A DNA stretch of 55,105 bases, filler included, from Catajapyx aquilonaris (Eukaryota): assembly GCA_000934665.2 (NCBI GenBank). It is 3 parts of 3 records of this genome, joined end to end, with 100 filler letters (N's around TTAATTAATTAA, not from the genome) between each part and the next. Parts side by side here need not be neighbours in the genome. Positions count along the whole stretch, not along the records: positions 36,754 to 55,105 come from JYFJ02006734.1; 2 more parts are not named here. One strand, given 5' to 3'. Shown piece after piece: positions 51,058-55,105 of the stretch. The first letter of the stretch is position 1. Every line of letters begins with the position of its first letter. The notes under the pieces were generated by a model. The model saw only the letters and a program-made list of their open reading frames with translations. It was not told the origin of the DNA and searched no databases. Made by a program: the position numbers and the translations under genes.

Positions 51058-53314
51058 ATGTGGGGTGCTAAAGTTATTAGAAAGCTCATCATGAACTTCC
51101 TCTTTCGCATTCATTACCGTACCTACCAGAAGACAGACATTGAAATGTTACAAAAAGAGGTCCGGCATCATCCTAAAGGTGAACAACATCATATTCTGTT
51201 TAATTCAAGTTCAGAGTACTTACTGGGTGAAATAATTTGTGGCACCCAGGATGTAGCGCAGTCGTTTGGTCTCAGCAGCCTCGTATGTCAAATAAAAGTC
51301 AATAATTTTTCTACAAGTGTAAAATTAAAATGCATGGCAGAGAACAGATTTCACACAAAAGGAAATATTGCAGGAAAGTGTGCATATACTTACTGGGACA
51401 ACTCTTGCTTCGTGTTTGAAGCCAATCTTATTATGAGGCCGGCTTCGAACATTCTGCTGACCATAGGTCAATAGATGACTGTATAGCATGAAGTTTTCTT
51501 AGCATGTAAACTCTTCTATAATATGTTACAATATTTCCAGCCAACAAGGGAACTAATCGAGCAATTTCAAGACGGAAAATGATTCTCATTGTGTGCACAT
51601 CTGTAGTGTTCCTGCAGCTCTTCGTCTTCAGTAACTTGCCAATTTCGGGTACGTGATGGGTCAGTATTATCTGACACAATATACCCAATGCCGCTAGCTA
51701 ATAAAAGGCAGAGAGAAAAACTAATAAATATATCTGGGAATAATTTGCGGTAAGTTATAAATCAACCTTTAAACAATCTTGTAACTGTGTCAGCAGATTG
51801 GTTAATAAAGAGGTATGGTTGGGGGCATTTCATATTAGAGTACTCGTGGGAATTGAAAAGGATAATAATATGTATTATGTATTTTTCTAGTGGATTTACC
51901 AGCAACCAACTTAGTCGGTTCCGTCTTTTCGGATTATTTATCAAGTGATCGGAGAGGCAGATCCTATGGCTTGTGTGGCTGCTCCAATCGACACATGAAC
52001 CCTCCAGCGAACCTGAACCTGTCTGAGTCCACCTGCAGCCATTACGCGGCTCAGAGGGGGCCAGGTCAACGTGTCGTAGCTTTCAGTTTCTATGGGACTC
52101 GGAACAATGGAAGAGGGTATTTCCAGGTAAAGAAAAGGCGAGAGATATAGATAAGAATAGAGTCTTGGAAGAGTAATATTTCCAGCATGCAGGAATCCTA
52201 GCTCTGAGAGCAGGAGAAGTTGGGTATGAAGGTTTTGTTGCTGGTGTGTGGTGTCATTATTATTAGATCTTCTTGGTTCTTTGTCTTACTTAAGGAATGG
52301 TAATTCTGTATTGTTACAGGGCATTGAAGCCAACGCCATGAGCCTACCCGAGTATTACCCAGGATGGATCATGCGAGTGTATCACAACATCTCCAGAGAG
52401 GACAATGAGACTCACAGCCTCCTTTGTCAGCTGGAGTGCCGATTTCCCCACTTGGATTTCTGCAATGTGTCTGAAACTCCGATGTACGGAAACCTCGCCA
52501 GTAAGCGTCATATTGTCTTCCATAAATGAACTGAACTTGGGTGTCTATAAGCCATACTATTATTACTATTTAACAATATGTTAGAGTGGACTGCAGCGGC
52601 CTGGAGGTTCCTTCCCCTGGGTGATCCTCAGGTTGATTCTTTGGCCAGTAGAGACCTGGACAGTCGTTTCTCAGACAGAGAATTGGCAGCAGTGGAAGAG
52701 TGGATCCAATCGGGGAAGACATGGCACAGCATGAGGGATCATCCTTACCACGTTGGGGTTCCCATTTTAGGTAATAAGCATATGTTCGAAAGTACAATGA
52801 TCAACCCCCAAAAAGTAACCAACCTCTACAGACATACTCGATTATGAAATGCTAGGCATTTTTCTGAGACTGATGAAAAATTGCCTTATTTCAGCTGGCA
52901 TGTGGGGGGCTAGTCATCTTATGAGGAAGCGAGACTTGATGCAACGCGTTATGGACGACCTATTTCGCTTGCCTACACTTTACTACCTCGGAAGAGACCA
53001 ACATATGTTATTCGAAGCAGTCTGGCCTCATTATCAAGGTGAACATAAAATGTCGAGCCACATATAAATTTCAATTTGTTCCTTACTCATACTTACACAT
53101 TTCTTCATTTAACCATGTAGACGACAGCGTCCGCCATGAGAGCTACCATTGCACAGAGTATCCGTCGAAAGATGTTCGTCCGTGGCCCACACCCAGAAGG
53201 AGCGACACGGACGAGAATTTTGTCGGGGCTCCCACAACTTGGAGGGCGAAACTCACACAAACATGTCCAATAGAGTGCAGACCCAAGAACCACCAGGACT
53301 GGCTCCTTTGCTGA
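51058..53314 (+). CDS. Uncharacterised type II membrane protein with a DxD motif (putative glycosyltransferase), 389 aa
   Basis: Exons 51058-51178, 51541-51648, 51891-52126, 52320-52500, 52585-52770, 52895-53038, 53121-53314 (1170 nt, open). TM RRKMILIVCTSVVFLQLFVF. Motifs VVAFSFYG, YPGWIMRVYH, WRFLPLGD, SRDLDS, HSMRDHPYH..ILAGMWG, CPIECRPKNHQDWLLC. The first exon is the least certain. Confidence 0.85.
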
Positions 53315-53552
53315 TATCTGCACGCAGATCGCCTAGGAACATTGAATTCAAACGTTACTTCTATCAAGAACAGACAGAAACTAGACCGGCCTGTCCATAA
53401 CGTTACTTAGGCTCGTCATTAGAAAATTATATTATTTTAATGAAAAGTTCAGCATGCCATTTCCGAATGCTCATGCACTGTATAATAATGGTTTACCATG
53501 ACCGTCCTATTGAACATTGATGTTACGTGAAGCAGCATGACCTCCCTTTGAA

Positions 53553-53667
53553 GGTGAACATGAAGGGTGTTCGTATAGTGAGTATAGACTAAGATAAACT
53601 TCTATGGTGAACATGAAGGGTGTTCGTATAGTGAGTATAGACTAAGATAAACTTCAATGGTGAACAT
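53553..53667. repeat. 53-bp tandem duplication
   Basis: GGTGAACATGAAGGGTGTTCGTATAGTGAGTATAGACTAAGATAAACTTC starts at 53553 and 53606. A third GGTGAACAT is at 53659. Confidence 0.9.
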
Positions 53668-54683
53668 CTTGGCACCCAGAATATTACGCTTGCAGGGCTT
53701 TATACGTTAAAAACTCGTATAAAGCCCTGCAAGCTTAATTAATTAGTTATACGAAGTACTGCATCGCCATGCAGTATCTGGTATTACAATACATGTCAGT
53801 GTGTGTGAAAGCAGCAGCAGTGAAATAATGCTGGCTGAACTGACCTACCCTTGATTTTATAGGCCTGAGAGCTCATGAATGATTTTGTGCAAAATTCGCG
53901 AAGTATGTCGACATCGGTCGGGGCCTTTGGTTAATGATCAGGCATCAAAAGAAAGTAACTACGCCCATTTCTCCTTGCTTTCCACATAGGTCTTAAGCAA
54001 CATTTCTATGTACATTATTTAGTATGTCCACGAGTCGTATATGAACTATGGCGCATATGATGTTGGATATGCTTGTGTTTTTTAAGGAAACGTGACTGTT
54101 GAATAAATGAAGGTCCAGATGAAGGTCCAGTTACAACTTCTACAAAATAGTTGACAGACTTGAGAACAAAATTATTATCGCCAAAAACACTATACATTTA
54201 CTACTGCAAAGAACATCATGAATTTATTTAAAAATCTCATAATCACTATAGTTCATTTAGAAGTTCCCGGAAGGTTGTATTGACCTGGTCTGTTTTTCCC
54301 AATTAATACCATGCAAATGAACACTTTCCATTAGATAATATTGACAATGTCCGCATATGAATAACAAACAGTGGGAATATTTGATGTCCAATAATTTACA
54401 ATCGACCACTTGGTAAGATTTCAAAACAGAGCCATTGTACTTCATGGCCTCAAGGTCCGTGACTCCACCCCAGTTTCCTAGGAACTAGAAATCAACCGTA
54501 AACATGTAGCGCTACAAAATGACAACCCGATGCATGCCCACAACCTGCGTTTTCAATTATTTATGTAAGTCCATAAAGTTTGAGTCATGCATACCAAGTA
54601 GGCCTACTATTATCTTCTCATTACAAAATAATACAATGACCAAAGTACGTAGCTTGTCAGCCAAAGGTCAAGGCTTTGTTTAA

Positions 54684-55105
54684 CCCTTTGCTGCCTACGG
54701 CCATCATATGATTTCCGGAGATTTGCCCTGACAACTTGGGTCATTTTTCAACGCAAAAAATTTCAACCTCAACGATTTTCTTGAAATTCGGTGCATTGGT
54801 AGCCCACACCAAGGGATGAAAAACGCACCTATAGTTACCTGATCAAAATGACCAAGTGACCCAATTTTGAGGGGGCAGAGGTCAAATCATAAAATTCCGA
54901 CCTCGCCGATTTTCTTCAAATTAGGTCCATTGGTAGCCCACCCCAAGGGATGAAAAACCCACCTATAGTTCCCTGCTCGACATGACCCTGTGACCCATAT
55001 TGGAGGGAACCTATGTCAATGCGCCGAATTTCAAGAAAATTTGTGACTGGCACTTGCAAAGTCTCCCTTGTGATTCACTAAGGCGGGTAGTACGTGTACG
55101 CAAAA
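54684..55105. mobile_element. Probable piggyBac-like non-autonomous element with internal ~135-bp repeats, running off the window
   Basis: TTAA|CCCTTTGC start. CATTGGTAGCCCAC(A/C)CCAAGGGATGAAAAAC..CACCTATAGTT occurs twice. Confidence 0.5.

Overview
Eukaryotic, intron-rich genomic DNA, most likely from an arthropod (inferred from gene content and SINE type; species not identifiable). It contains two artificial N-gaps, each holding a TTAATTAATTAA linker. 1-6.6 kb: a decayed Ty3/gypsy element broken by nested DNA transposons, plus MITEs. 12-16.7 kb: a spliced low-complexity gene of unknown function. 18.4-32.2 kb: the main finding, a minus-strand tandem array of GTSF1/Asterix-like (double CHHC zinc finger, piRNA-pathway cofactor) genes. 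There are four coding copies of two types plus orphan fragments. Type A appears to be a fusion of two ancestral copies with a duplicated Trp module, one type-B copy has lost a zinc-ligand Cys, and the array is heavily invaded by transposons, including a 2.7-kb palindromic Academ-like element in an intron. 33-36 kb: a 12-exon firefly-luciferase/4CL-like adenylate-forming enzyme. 40-43.5 kb: sphingomyelin synthase and HIF1AN, convergent. 44.7-53.3 kb: three GT11 alpha-1,2-fucosyltransferases, one fragment, and an unnamed type II membrane DxD protein. All gene models were spliced by eye from GT-AG sites and reading-phase consistency, with no expression data.
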